Positions 15,865 through 25,277 of a stretch of 64,000 nucleotides of DNA are shown one piece after another. How positions within the stretch are numbered: position 1 is the stretch's first letter; every line of letters starts with the position of its first letter. This stretch comes from an uncultured bacterium (lineage in GTDB: Bacteria > Krumholzibacteriota > Krumholzibacteriia > LZORAL124-64-63). The translations under genes were made by a program, and so were the position numbers. The DNA is taken from the NCBI GenBank assembly GCA_937864225.1, contig CALMJK010000002.1:67916-131915 (forward strand), given 5' to 3'. The notes under the pieces were generated by a model, which saw nothing but the letters and a program-made list of their open reading frames with translations, was not told the origin of the DNA and did not search any database.

Positions 15865-18864
15865 TTAGAACTGCCACCGGATTCCCACGCGGAACAGCCG
15901 GTGGTCCTCGAACACTCTCGGGTCATTGATCGCGTGGAACTCGTCCAGGTTGTCGCCGTCCAGGTCCTGCAGGAACGCTCCCCCGAATTTGCCCGTTTCC
16001 GTCAGATACGAAGTGTATGCCGACGCGCCGTTGATCATGCCCGGGTAGATGTCCATCCCAACGGCTCGCACCATGTCCTGATTCAGCAGGTTCTGGGCCT
16101 GCACGTACAAGGTCAGATTCTGCCCATAGAAATTCACCTCGCGCTCGCCTTGCAGGTCGAGCACGTAGGTCGCTGGCAGGCGGCGGCTATTCTCCAGCAG
16201 CGGGTCCTGCCTCCGGTTGAAGCGATCGACGGGGGTCCAGGGGAAGCCGCTGCCGTAGGAAAAGGTCATCGAGGCCAACCACAAGCCGGGTTCGGTGATG
16301 AGGAAGTTCAAGTTGACCGTGTGGCGCTGGTCCCAGTTCAACGGCATTTCCTGATTCGGCAGATATTCCAGTCCCTCCGGGTTCGCGCCGAACTCCTGCT
16401 CCGAGGCCACGCCGTCGGCGAAGGCGTAGGTGTAGTTCACGCCGACCTCGAACTTGTTCGACAAACGCTTCTCGAGCGTGAACTCGAAGCCTCGGGAGGA
16501 CGCATAGGCCTTATTGATGTAGCGCGCGATCTGATTGCCGGTCTGCTCGTCCGTGACGGTAGTCGCGGAGATGAGGTCGTACATGTCGCGACTATAAAGT
16601 GCGACCGTGCCCGCCAGGTAATCCGTGAATTGGTGCACGAGCCCCGCTTGATAGGAGATCGTTGTCTCGGCCTTCAGGTTCGGGTTGCCCAAGGTGCCGA
16701 AGTTGCCGATCACGTCCTGGCTGGCGAAAAGCACGTTCCGGTCGGGGAACTGAATGTAGCGGCCATAAGCGAAATTGAACCCGTCGCGGTCGGTGATGGG
16801 GAACGCGAAGCTCAGTCGCGGCGAGAACTGCTGCTTGTACTTGATGACGTTGCGGTTCACCTGATCGTTCATCAGCAGAATTTCGGCGGCGGAGCCCGGC
16901 GAGAACAGATCCCACCGGAATCCGTAGCTCACGACCATGCCCTCGTACTCCCAGCGGTCCTGGGCGTACCAGGAGGCCTCGGGGTTGAAAGTGTGGAAGA
17001 CATTGCTATTGCCCCCCAGGGACCACTCCCCCGTGAAACGATTCTGCCGTTCGAGAGCGGGGTAAACCAACTCGTAGCTCTCCAGGTCGTTGTACAGCAC
17101 CTGGATCCCCGACTTCACGAGGTGCCCTTCCCAGCGGGTCGAGGTCAAATCGAACTTCATGATGTACTGACGGCTGTACTCCTCGGCGTAGTACGGGTAA
17201 TCGCCCGTCGTGATCAGCAGCGGATTCAAGGGGTCCGTGTAGTAGTCCAGCTGGGCCAAGTAGAGTTCCGCCTGGCTGTTGAACGGTCCGGGCGAAGAAA
17301 CTCCTCCCTGGTTGTATTCCCACGGCCACTTGTCCTGGACGTTGGTGTTGCCGTCAAAGGACAGGGCGCTGAGCTTGACCGTGTAGAAGGTCTCGTCGGT
17401 GAGGTTGTGCGTGAACACGAACTTGAGCTGCTGGCTCACGTTCTTCGCCGTTCGGTTGCGGTCGGCCGAGTTGAACCCGGTGTACGACGAATCCTCGGCC
17501 ACGGTCGCGTACCGGGAATCCGGATAACGGAAGCCGTCGAAAGCCGGCTGGGCCAGGACACGATAAGTCCGCCCGTCCGTGCCGCGCACCGCCAGCACGG
17601 GCGCGACCTGGCGTATGGTGCTGGAGGTGCGAAGGTCGAGCACGGCGGCGGGGCGGGCCAGTCTGCTCATGTTTTCGAACCAGGGTCCGTAGTAAACCGC
17701 CTGATAGCGCCCCATGAACGCGAAGGCGTTCTCGGAAGCGATCCATTCGACGACGGGCATCATGATGATTCGCTGGGCGTATCCGGACACGTTCCAGTTG
17801 GGTGCGTAGAACTCTGCCGACGAGTAGTTGCCCATGTACTCGCCCGTCAAACGCATGCCGGGCTTGAATTCGTAGGCGAGTTTGAGTCCCGCCTTGGCGC
17901 TGTTGGCCTGGCGGCGGCGGAATTTCAGCAGCGTGGCGTCGCCCAACTGGATCTTGTACTCGGGGCGATCGGCCAGCGAGTAATTCTCCGTGTCGCTGAA
18001 GACCGCGTCGCCCGAGAGGAAGTACGTCAGCTTGTTCACCGGCGTCGGGCCGCCGAAGCCGAACTCCAACCGGTCGTAGTTCGTGTACGTTTTGTCCTGG
18101 CGGCCGAAGTCGTCGGTGAAGTAGCGCAAGGCTCCCTCGAAGTGGTCGCCGCCGCTGCGCGTCGTGATGTTGATGATGCCGGACATCGCGTTGCCATACT
18201 CGGCGTCCAGACCGCCGGTCACCGTCTGGACGGCCTCGAACGCGAGGTTGGAGACCGATACGCTGCGCCCTCCCAGCGGGTTGTCCACCGGCACGTCGTC
18301 GATGCGCATCGAGACTTCGCCCGATCGTCCGCCGCGCACGTAGATCTCGCCCGCCCGCATGACGATGCCCGCCTGCTTGGCCACCGCGTCCTCGACGGAG
18401 TCGATGGCGTACTTGGTCAGGCGATCCTGCCCCAGCTTCTGCTCCGACCTGGCGCTGGCGACGTCCACCATGTACTTGGTGCCCTCGACGTCGAAGGCTT
18501 CGAGCGTTTCAACGATGACGACCTTCATGTTGAAGGCGACCTGCGTGGCCTCGCCGGAAGCGACGGTCACGGTCTTCTCTTCCGGCGCGTAGCCGAGGTA
18601 GAGCACCTGGACGGTGTATTGTCCCGGACGCAGGCCCTGGAAGGAGAACAAGCCGCCGCCGAGGGAAATCGTGCCTCGCGTCGTTCCCTTGATGAGAACG
18701 TTCGCGTAATCCAGCAGATCGCCTGTTTCGACGTCGCGAATGGTTCCGCGGATGCTTCCGGGGGCCGTCTGACCTGCCGCCATCATGGGCAGGGCGAGCA
18801 CGGCTAGCGCGATCAGCGCCAGCACGCCCGATGTTAGCCAGCCGAACCGGTGAGATCGGTGCAT
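15865..18864 (-). CDS. TonB-dependent receptor, SusC/RagA-like with N-terminal carboxypeptidase-regulatory-like domain
   Basis: 1000 aa from ATG MHRSHRF with AAGGAG RBS. Signal peptide, then IRGTIRDVETGDLLDYANVLIKGTTRGTISLGGGLFSF (CarbopepD_reg-like), a plug region, and a C-terminal beta-barrel ending RVGIRWQF (terminal Phe). Confidence 0.85.
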   Translation of the reverse strand: MHRSHRFGWLTSGVLALIALAVLALPMMAAGQTAPGSIRGTIRDVETGDLLDYANVLIKGTTRGTISLGGGLFSFQGLRPGQYTVQVLYLGYAPEEKTVTVASGEATQVAFNMKVVIVETLEAFDVEGTKYMVDVASARSEQKLGQDRLTKYAIDSVEDAVAKQAGIVMRAGEIYVRGGRSGEVSMRIDDVPVDNPLGGRSVSVSNLAFEAVQTVTGGLDAEYGNAMSGIINITTRSGGDHFEGALRYFTDDFGRQDKTYTNYDRLEFGFGGPTPVNKLTYFLSGDAVFSDTENYSLADRPEYKIQLGDATLLKFRRRQANSAKAGLKLAYEFKPGMRLTGEYMGNYSSAEFYAPNWNVSGYAQRIIMMPVVEWIASENAFAFMGRYQAVYYGPWFENMSRLARPAAVLDLRTSSTIRQVAPVLAVRGTDGRTYRVLAQPAFDGFRYPDSRYATVAEDSSYTGFNSADRNRTAKNVSQQLKFVFTHNLTDETFYTVKLSALSFDGNTNVQDKWPWEYNQGGVSSPGPFNSQAELYLAQLDYYTDPLNPLLITTGDYPYYAEEYSRQYIMKFDLTSTRWEGHLVKSGIQVLYNDLESYELVYPALERQNRFTGEWSLGGNSNVFHTFNPEASWYAQDRWEYEGMVVSYGFRWDLFSPGSAAEILLMNDQVNRNVIKYKQQFSPRLSFAFPITDRDGFNFAYGRYIQFPDRNVLFASQDVIGNFGTLGNPNLKAETTISYQAGLVHQFTDYLAGTVALYSRDMYDLISATTVTDEQTGNQIARYINKAYASSRGFEFTLEKRLSNKFEVGVNYTYAFADGVASEQEFGANPEGLEYLPNQEMPLNWDQRHTVNLNFLITEPGLWLASMTFSYGSGFPWTPVDRFNRRQDPLLENSRRLPATYVLDLQGEREVNFYGQNLTLYVQAQNLLNQDMVRAVGMDIYPGMINGASAYTSYLTETGKFGGAFLQDLDGDNLDEFHAINDPRVFEDHRLFRVGIRWQF

Positions 18865-19063
18865 GGCACCGCTCCTTTCACACACGGCGATTGAGCGAAA
18901 GCTGATGGTCCACATCGGCCCGTGCAACCGGATACATCCCAACTCGCGGCAATGTGGGGAGCCAGAGTGTATCTGTGCGTCCGGGCGACCTTTCACCTCC
19001 CGCCGGCTGCTGCGGTGAGGATGCGGCCGCCCCGATCAGGGTCGTACCGGCAACTCCGAGTTG

Positions 19064-19092
19064 AATATAGAGATTGCCAGAAACCGTGTCAA
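19064..19092 (-). promoter_or_regulatory. near-consensus sigma70 promoter TTGACA-N17-TATATT, followed by a ~200-nt leader before the TonB-dependent receptor ATG
   Basis: Minus-strand read ttTTGACAcggtttctggcaatctcTATATTcaactc. The -35 box overlaps the TGA stop of the upstream ABC ATPase gene. An AT-rich element in a 70% GC background. Confidence 0.5.
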
Positions 19093-20090
19093 AAGGTTCT
19101 TGGGGCCCGCCGCGCCGCGGGCGGGCACCTCAGAAAATGCGCCGCGGACACCTCGGCCAAGTCCGGCAACTCGGTGCGGCACGACGCCTCGGCGAGGGCG
19201 CAGCGCGGATGGAAGGGGCAACCCGGCGGCCTGGTCAGCAAGCTGGGCGGTTCCCCGGACCTCCCGGGAAACGGTTCGCGCGGTCCCGGCGCGGTCGGCA
19301 AGGGCGCCACAGACGGCACGGCCGCCGCCAGCAGGCGGGAGTACGGGTGCAGCGGCGGCGTGTCGGCGCCGCCCGGCATCACTTCCACCAGCAGGCCCAG
19401 GTACATGACCGCGACGCGGTCGCAGAAGCGGCGCACGACCGGCCAAGCGTGCGAGACCAGCAACAGCGCCAGCCCCCTGCGCTGCCGCGCCGACAGCAGC
19501 ACGTTGAGCACGCGCGCCTGCGAGGTGAGGTCGAGCGCGGCGGTCGGTTCGTCCGCCACCAGCGCCGCCGGCTGCGCGGCCAGCGCTCGGGCGATCGCGA
19601 CGCGCTGGCGCTGACCGCCTGACATCTCATGCGGCCAGGCGGCGGCGAGCGCCCCGTCGAGACCCACCTCATCGAGCAGGCCGAGTACGCGCTCGTGATC
19701 GTCAGGCTGCCGGCGGCCGTCCCGTCCGGCCTCGAGAGCCTCGCGCAGCGCCTCCTCCACGGTCTGGCGCGGATCCAGCGAACCACTCGGATCCTGAAAG
19801 ACCATCTGGACCAGCCGCCGCGCGCAACGCAGCTGGCGCCCGCGCAACTGCGCGAGCTCGCGGCCGGCCACCAGCACGCGTCCTGCCGTCGGCGCCAGCA
19901 ACCCCGCCATGGCGCGGGCCAGCGTCGACTTCCCGCCGCCCGATTCCCCGGTCAACCCCACGCTGTCGCCCGCCCGCAGCGCGAGCGACACTCCCGCCAC
20001 CGGGTGCAACGATCGGCCGCGCCTGCCCGCGCCGCCCGGCGCGCGCCGCGTCACGACCAGATCGCGGACCTCGAGCACGGGTTCGCTCAC
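19089..20090 (-). CDS. oligopeptide/dipeptide ABC transporter ATP-binding protein (DppF/OppF-like)
   Basis: GTG start overlapping the upstream stop (GTGA). [25 protein letters not shown]-terminal Cys cluster CPFHPRCALAEASC typical of the OppD/F C-terminal domain. Confidence 0.85.
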   Translation of the reverse strand: MSEPVLEVRDLVVTRRAPGGAGRRGRSLHPVAGVSLALRAGDSVGLTGESGGGKSTLARAMAGLLAPTAGRVLVAGRELAQLRGRQLRCARRLVQMVFQDPSGSLDPRQTVEEALREALEAGRDGRRQPDDHERVLGLLDEVGLDGALAAAWPHEMSGGQRQRVAIARALAAQPAALVADEPTAALDLTSQARVLNVLLSARQRRGLALLLVSHAWPVVRRFCDRVAVMYLGLLVEVMPGGADTPPLHPYSRLLAAAVPSVAPLPTAPGPREPFPGRSGEPPSLLTRPPGCPFHPRCALAEASCRTELPDLAEVSAAHFLRCPPAARRAPRTF

Positions 20091-21085
20091 GCCGGCACCT
20101 CCCCGCGCGCCAGCGGACCCGCCACCTCGGGCAGACAGGCCACGCGACGGTCGTCCGCGAGCGCCAACCCGAGAGCGGACTCGTCGGCGCAGGCGGGCCG
20201 CGCGTGCGGGCAGCGGCAGACGTAAGGGCAGCCGGGCGGCGGCCGACGCGGATCCGGCCCCGGCGCGTCCGCGGCGGGCAGGCGACCGTGCAGGGGCCAA
20301 CGCTCCGGCAAGGCCGCCAGCAACGCCCGCGTGAAGGGGTGCGCCGGCGCTTCGATCACGGCCCGGGCCGGTCCCATCTCGACGAGCCGGCCCGCGAACA
20401 TGACGGCCGCCCGCTCCGCGACGCGCGGCACCAGCGCCAGGTTGTGGGTCACGAACAGCAGCGCCATGCCGCGCGCCCGCACCAGTTCTGCCATGAGGTC
20501 GAGCACTTCGGCCTGCACCGTGACGTCCAGCGACGCGGTCGGCTCGTCGGCGATCAGCAGCTCGGGCCCGCAGGCCAGCGCCGCCGCCAGGAGCGCTCTC
20601 TGCCGCATGCCGCCGCTGAGCCGATGCGGGTAGTCGCGGGCGCGCGCGGCCGCGTCCGGCAACCGCACTTCCGCAAGGAGGCTCACGGCCGCCTCCCTCG
20701 CCGCGCGCCGTCCCAATCCGCGGTGATAGCGCAATCCCTCCGCCACCTGGTCGCCCACGGTCAGCACGGGGTTGAGCGCGGCCAGCGGATCCTGCAGCAC
20801 CAGCCCCAGCTTGCACCCGCGCCAACGCTGGCGGTCCCGCTCCGGCAGCGCGACGAGGTCGGTCCCCTCCCAGAGCACGCGCCCGCTCACGGTCGCGGTC
20901 GCCGGCAGCAGACCCAGCAGCGCCAACGCCAAGACGCTCTTGCCGCCGCCCGACTCGCCCACCAACGCCAGCGTCCCCGCGCGCGGCAGCGCGAAACTCA
21001 CCCCGCGCACGGCCTGCACGGGCGCGCCGTCTCCCTTGAAGGCGACCGCCAGATCCTCGACCGCGAGCAGGGGCGCCGCGCTCAT
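20087..21085 (-). CDS. oligopeptide/dipeptide ABC transporter ATP-binding protein (DppD/OppD-like)
   Basis: ATG MSAAPLLAVEDL with GGAGGG RBS and an ATGA overlap with the permease gene. GESGGGKSV, LSGGMRQRALLAAAL, C-terminal CPYVCRCPHARPAC. Confidence 0.85.
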   Translation of the reverse strand: MSAAPLLAVEDLAVAFKGDGAPVQAVRGVSFALPRAGTLALVGESGGGKSVLALALLGLLPATATVSGRVLWEGTDLVALPERDRQRWRGCKLGLVLQDPLAALNPVLTVGDQVAEGLRYHRGLGRRAAREAAVSLLAEVRLPDAAARARDYPHRLSGGMRQRALLAAALACGPELLIADEPTASLDVTVQAEVLDLMAELVRARGMALLFVTHNLALVPRVAERAAVMFAGRLVEMGPARAVIEAPAHPFTRALLAALPERWPLHGRLPAADAPGPDPRRPPPGCPYVCRCPHARPACADESALGLALADDRRVACLPEVAGPLARGEVPA

Positions 21086-21930
21086 GGGAGCACCCTCCCC
21101 TCGCCGCGAGGATCGAGGGCCTCGCTCAACCCGTCGCCCAGCAGGTTGCACCCCACCACCGCCAGCGTGAGCGCCAACCCCGGGAAGGCGGTCAGCCACC
21201 AGCCGTCCAGCAGATGGGCCCGTCCCTGCTCGATCATCGCGCCCCAGCTCACGGTCGGCTCCTGCGCGCCCAGCCCCAGATAGCTCAAGAACGATTCGAG
21301 CAGGATGGCGTTGCCGACCCGCAGCGCGACGGCCACCGCCACGGTCGGCAGCAGATGCGGCAGCACGTGCCGCAGCGCCAGCCTCGCCGGCGCGAGTCCC
21401 AGGCCGCGCGCCGCGAGCACGAAGTCGCGCTCGCGCAGCGACAACGTCTCCGCGCGCACCAGACGCGCGACGCCCATCCAGCCGGTGAGGGCCAGCACGG
21501 CGATCACCAGGCCGAGCGACGGCGCGGCGAGGGAGACGAGGAAGAGCGCCAGGATGAGGCGCGGAAAAGCGAGGCCGACGTCGGCCAGCCCCATGAGCAG
21601 GCGGTCGGCCGCCGTGCGGCCCAGACCGGCCGCCAGACCGACCAGCGTGCCCAGACCCACCGCGATCGCCGCGCCCACCACGCCGACCAGCAGCGAGGCC
21701 CGCGCGCCGTGCAAGAGCCGGCTCAGCACGTCGCGACCCAACGGGTCGGTGCCCAGCGGGCGCCCCGGTCCCGGCGGCAGCAGCCGCGCCGCCGACGGCC
21801 CCAGCGCGGCCGGATCGCCCGGCGCGACCAGCGGCGCCAGCAGCGCCGCGCCCGCCAGCAGCGCCAGGATCAGCAACCCCGCGCGCGCGCCGGGGTCGGC
21901 CAGGAGCGTGCGCGCCGATCGCCGCCTCAC
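21082..21930 (-). CDS. ABC transporter permease (DppC/OppC-like)
   Basis: GTG start overlapping the DppB-like stop. Six TM segments and an EAA-like loop (ETLSLRERDFVLAARGLG). Confidence 0.8.
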   Translation of the reverse strand: MRRRSARTLLADPGARAGLLILALLAGAALLAPLVAPGDPAALGPSAARLLPPGPGRPLGTDPLGRDVLSRLLHGARASLLVGVVGAAIAVGLGTLVGLAAGLGRTAADRLLMGLADVGLAFPRLILALFLVSLAAPSLGLVIAVLALTGWMGVARLVRAETLSLRERDFVLAARGLGLAPARLALRHVLPHLLPTVAVAVALRVGNAILLESFLSYLGLGAQEPTVSWGAMIEQGRAHLLDGWWLTAFPGLALTLAVVGCNLLGDGLSEALDPRGEGRVLP

Positions 21931-22907
21931 CGGTCGGCCTCCGACGCCAGACGCACGCGCGGATCGGCCACGCCGTACAGGACGTCCGCGAGCAGGTTGC
22001 CCAGCAGCGTCAGCGCGCCCGCCAGCGCCGTCGTGCCCATGATCACCGGGTAATCGCGCGCGAAGATGGCCTCGACGGTCAACCGCCCCAGCCCCGGCCA
22101 GGCGAAGACGACCTCCGTGACCACCGCGCCGTTGAGCAGGAACGCCAGGTTCAGACCGGCGATGGTCACCACCGGCAGCAGTCCGTTGCGCAGGGCGTGC
22201 CGCCAGATGACGGCACGCTCCGGCAGGCCGCGCGCCCGCGCCGCCAGCACGTAGTCCTGGCCCAGCGCCTCGAGCACGCCGTTGCGCACGAACCGGGCCG
22301 TGCCCAGCACCGGCGCCACGCCGATCACGCACAGCGGTAGCACCAGATGCCGCGCGACGTCGAGCACGCGTTGCGGCCACGGCAGCCAGGCCGCGCCCAC
22401 CGCCGCCACGCCACTGGCGGGCAACCACCCCAGCGCGCGGCTGAAGACGAGCACGAGCAACTGGCCCAGCCAGAACGCCGGCAGGGAGTAGAGCACCAGG
22501 CCCGCCACCGTCGCCACCCGTTCGCGACGCCGGCCGCGGTTGCGCGCCAGCCAGACGCCGGACGCCACCGCCAGCGCAAAATGCAGCACGTAGGCGATGC
22601 CCGTCAAAAGCAGGGTGCGCGGCACCGCCTCGGCCAACATGGCCGAGACCGGCTGGTGCCGGCTCAGGCTCCGCCCGAAGTCTCCCCGCGTCACGCCCCG
22701 CAGCCACTGCCAGTACTGCGCCGCCAGCGGTCGGTCCAGGCCGAGGTTGTGCCGCACGGCCGCGCGGTCGGCGGCGTCGAGATCGGCGGCCCCGAAGCGG
22801 TCGATGGGATCGCCCGGGGCCAGCCGCGCGATGAAGAACACGGCGGTCAAGAGGGCCAGCAAGAGCAGCACGGCCGAGCCCAGGCGCCGCACGACATAAA
22901 GAAGCAT
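21927..22907 (-). CDS. ABC transporter permease (DppB/OppB-like)
   Basis: MLLYVVRRLGSAVLLLLALLTAVFFIARLAPGDPI is the classic DppB N-terminus. 326 aa. Confidence 0.85.
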   Translation of the reverse strand: MLLYVVRRLGSAVLLLLALLTAVFFIARLAPGDPIDRFGAADLDAADRAAVRHNLGLDRPLAAQYWQWLRGVTRGDFGRSLSRHQPVSAMLAEAVPRTLLLTGIAYVLHFALAVASGVWLARNRGRRRERVATVAGLVLYSLPAFWLGQLLVLVFSRALGWLPASGVAAVGAAWLPWPQRVLDVARHLVLPLCVIGVAPVLGTARFVRNGVLEALGQDYVLAARARGLPERAVIWRHALRNGLLPVVTIAGLNLAFLLNGAVVTEVVFAWPGLGRLTVEAIFARDYPVIMGTTALAGALTLLGNLLADVLYGVADPRVRLASEADR

Positions 22908-22988
22908 GCGTCTCGCTTTCGCCGGAAGCGGCGGCTGATCTTAGGGACGGCCGGCGCCGGGGGTCAAGGCGAGGCGCGCCGCGCGCCG

Positions 22989-23741
22989 TCAAGCCAGCGC
23001 GGGCGGATCCTCCCAGGCCGGCCGCAGATCGAACGTCGCGGCGCAGATCTCCCCCAGTCGGCGCGCCAGCCCCGCCAGTTGCGCTTCCGGCAGGGGATGG
23101 CCCAGCAGGGTGGCCAGGTCGGTCGTGACTGCCAGCACCGTCTCGCGCGTCTGCCCCGCGCGGCGGGCCGGCGCGAGCAACTCCGCCAGTTCCGCGTGGC
23201 GCGGCCCGGTCAGCAGCGAGCCGTGCTGCAGGAAGAGCCCGTCCCGGCGCCGTTGCGCCGACCCGGCCAGCTTGCGGCCTCCCACGGTCAACTCGTGCTG
23301 CCCAGCCGAGCGGAAGCAGACCAGCCCGCGCGCGTCGGCCCGCGACTCGCCCGCCGACACGTCCGGCCGCAGCCCGAGATCCTGCAGGAAGCTCAGCAGC
23401 GCGCGGTTGATCGCGGCGTAGGTCGCGTGGAGGGTGGCGCCGAAGGTCGCGGACGGGCTCGCACCCACGATGGCGTAGGTCAACTCGTCCGCGTGCAGGA
23501 TCGCCCGGCCGCCGGTCGGCCGGCGCACGAGGCCGTAGCCGCGGGCGGCGATCGCCTCGCGCGCGAAGTCAACCTCGTCCTGGTGATAGCCGAGGGACAC
23601 GGCCGGCGGCGACCACCGGTACAGGCGCAGCACGGGCGGATCGCCGACGCGTTGCGCCGCCAGCAGCGCCGCGTCGCGCCGCATGTTGACGGCCCCCGGC
23701 AGGGGGCCGTCGTCGAAGATCCGCAGGCGCCCGTCCGCCAT
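22989..23741 (-). CDS. lipoate-protein ligase / octanoyltransferase family protein (BPL/LPL catalytic domain)
   Basis: 250 aa. ...GYHQDEVDF...GLVRRPTGGRAILHADELTYAIV...GRKLAGSAQRRR matches the LplA/LipM-type catalytic core. It sits immediately downstream of gcvPB, consistent with GcvH lipoylation. Confidence 0.75.
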   Translation of the reverse strand: MADGRLRIFDDGPLPGAVNMRRDAALLAAQRVGDPPVLRLYRWSPPAVSLGYHQDEVDFAREAIAARGYGLVRRPTGGRAILHADELTYAIVGASPSATFGATLHATYAAINRALLSFLQDLGLRPDVSAGESRADARGLVCFRSAGQHELTVGGRKLAGSAQRRRDGLFLQHGSLLTGPRHAELAELLAPARRAGQTRETVLAVTTDLATLLGHPLPEAQLAGLARRLGEICAATFDLRPAWEDPPALA

Positions 23742-23742
23742 G

Positions 23743-25257
23743 TCAGCCGCAGTTGCAAGGCCCGAGGTGCGCGAGGTCCGGCTGGCGCGCGGCGCGCGCC
23801 TCGTCGAGACGGCGCACGGGCGTCGTGTGCGGCGCGTTGTGCAGCAGCTCGGGATCGGTCCTGGCCTCGCGATGGATCTGCCGGATCGCCGCGACGAACG
23901 CGTCGAGGCTCTCCTTCGGCTCAGACTCGGTCGGTTCGATCATGAGCGCCTCGTCCACGATCAGCGGGAAGTAGACCGTCGGCGCGTGCACGCCGAAGTC
24001 GAGCAGGCGCTTGGCGAGGTCGAGGGCGCGGATGCCGTGCTGTTCCTTCCAGGCCGCGGCCGACGCCACGAACTCGTGCAGACAGCCCTCGGCGTGCGGG
24101 ACCGGCAGGATGTCCTTGAGGCAGGCCAGCACGTAGTTGGCGTTGAGCACGGCCCGCTCCGCGACCCGCGTGAGCCCATCGCCCCCGTTGCTCAGGATGT
24201 AGGCCAGCGCGCGCAGGCAGACGCCGACGTTCCCGAAGTAGGAGTGCACAGAGGGCGTGCACGGCGTCGCCGGCGCCTCGAGTCGCCACTGGCCCTCGCG
24301 CCGCGTGATGACCGGGCCGGGCAGAAACGGCGCCAGCTCCGCCGACACGCAGATCGGGCCGGCGCCCGGGCCGCCGCCGCCGTGCGGCGTCGAGAATGTC
24401 TTGTGCAGGTTGATGTGCACGACGTCGAAGCCCATGTCGGCCGGCCGCGCCTTGCCCAGGATGGCGTTGAAGTTGGCGCCGTCCATGTAGAGGCGCCCGC
24501 CGGCCTCGTGCACGACGCGCGCGATCGCCCCGATCTCGGTCTCGAACAGGCCGAGCGTGTTCGGGTTCGTGATCATGATGCCGGCCGTCCGCGGGCCGAC
24601 CGCGCGGCGCAACGCCTCCAGGTCGATCCGGCCGTTCGGGCGCGACGCGAGGGTGGCCGGCCGCATGCCGACCATCGTGACCGAGGCGGGGTTGGTGCCA
24701 TGGGCCGAATCCGGGATCAGGATCTGGTCGCGGTCCCGCTCGCCGCGCGCCAAGTGGAAAGCGCGGATCACCTGCATGCCGAGGAACTCGCCGTGCGCCC
24801 CGGCCGCCGGGTGCAGGCTGCAGGCGGGGAAACCGGTCAGCCGGCACAGGGCGTCCTGCAACCGTGCGAGCGCCTCGAGCAGGCCCTGCGCGTCGGCGTC
24901 GTCCTGCTCGGGGTGCAGCGCCGCGAAGCCGGGCAGCGCCGCGACCTCCTCGTTCAGACGCGGATTGAATTTCATCGTGCAGCTGCCCAGCGGGTACATG
25001 CCGCGCTCGATGTTGTGGTTGAGCGTCGACAGCTGCGTGTAGTGGCGCATCACTTCCGGCTCGGACAGGGCGGGCAGGTCGCACGGCGCCGCGCGCCGCG
25101 CCGCGGCCGGCAGCGCGGTGTCGACCGGCGCGCCGTCCCACGGCGGCAGGCGCAAGGCCCGCCGGCCCGCGCGCCCCTTGGCGAAAAGCGACGCCTGAAG
25201 ACCCGCTCCCCAGCGCACGGCCGGGACCGTCTCGGGCTTATCGTCAGCGCGTTCCAT
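23743..25257 (-). CDS. gcvPB: glycine dehydrogenase (decarboxylating) subunit 2
   Basis: 504 aa. EVMRHYTQLSTLNHNIERGMYPLGSCTMKFNP...SAHGTNPAS is a GcvPB hallmark. Confidence 0.9.
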   Translation of the reverse strand: MERADDKPETVPAVRWGAGLQASLFAKGRAGRRALRLPPWDGAPVDTALPAAARRAAPCDLPALSEPEVMRHYTQLSTLNHNIERGMYPLGSCTMKFNPRLNEEVAALPGFAALHPEQDDADAQGLLEALARLQDALCRLTGFPACSLHPAAGAHGEFLGMQVIRAFHLARGERDRDQILIPDSAHGTNPASVTMVGMRPATLASRPNGRIDLEALRRAVGPRTAGIMITNPNTLGLFETEIGAIARVVHEAGGRLYMDGANFNAILGKARPADMGFDVVHINLHKTFSTPHGGGGPGAGPICVSAELAPFLPGPVITRREGQWRLEAPATPCTPSVHSYFGNVGVCLRALAYILSNGGDGLTRVAERAVLNANYVLACLKDILPVPHAEGCLHEFVASAAAWKEQHGIRALDLAKRLLDFGVHAPTVYFPLIVDEALMIEPTESEPKESLDAFVAAIRQIHREARTDPELLHNAPHTTPVRRLDEARAARQPDLAHLGPCNCG

Positions 25258-25277
25258 CGTGTCTCAGCCTCCCGCCC

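Noticed and set aside
19094-19130. Strong GC-rich inverted repeat (gcccgcc...ggcgggc) that first looked like a terminator after the DppF-like gene
   Set aside because: It lies inside the 3' coding end of that gene (encodes ...RCPPAARRAPRTF). The stop codon is downstream of it at 19089-19091.
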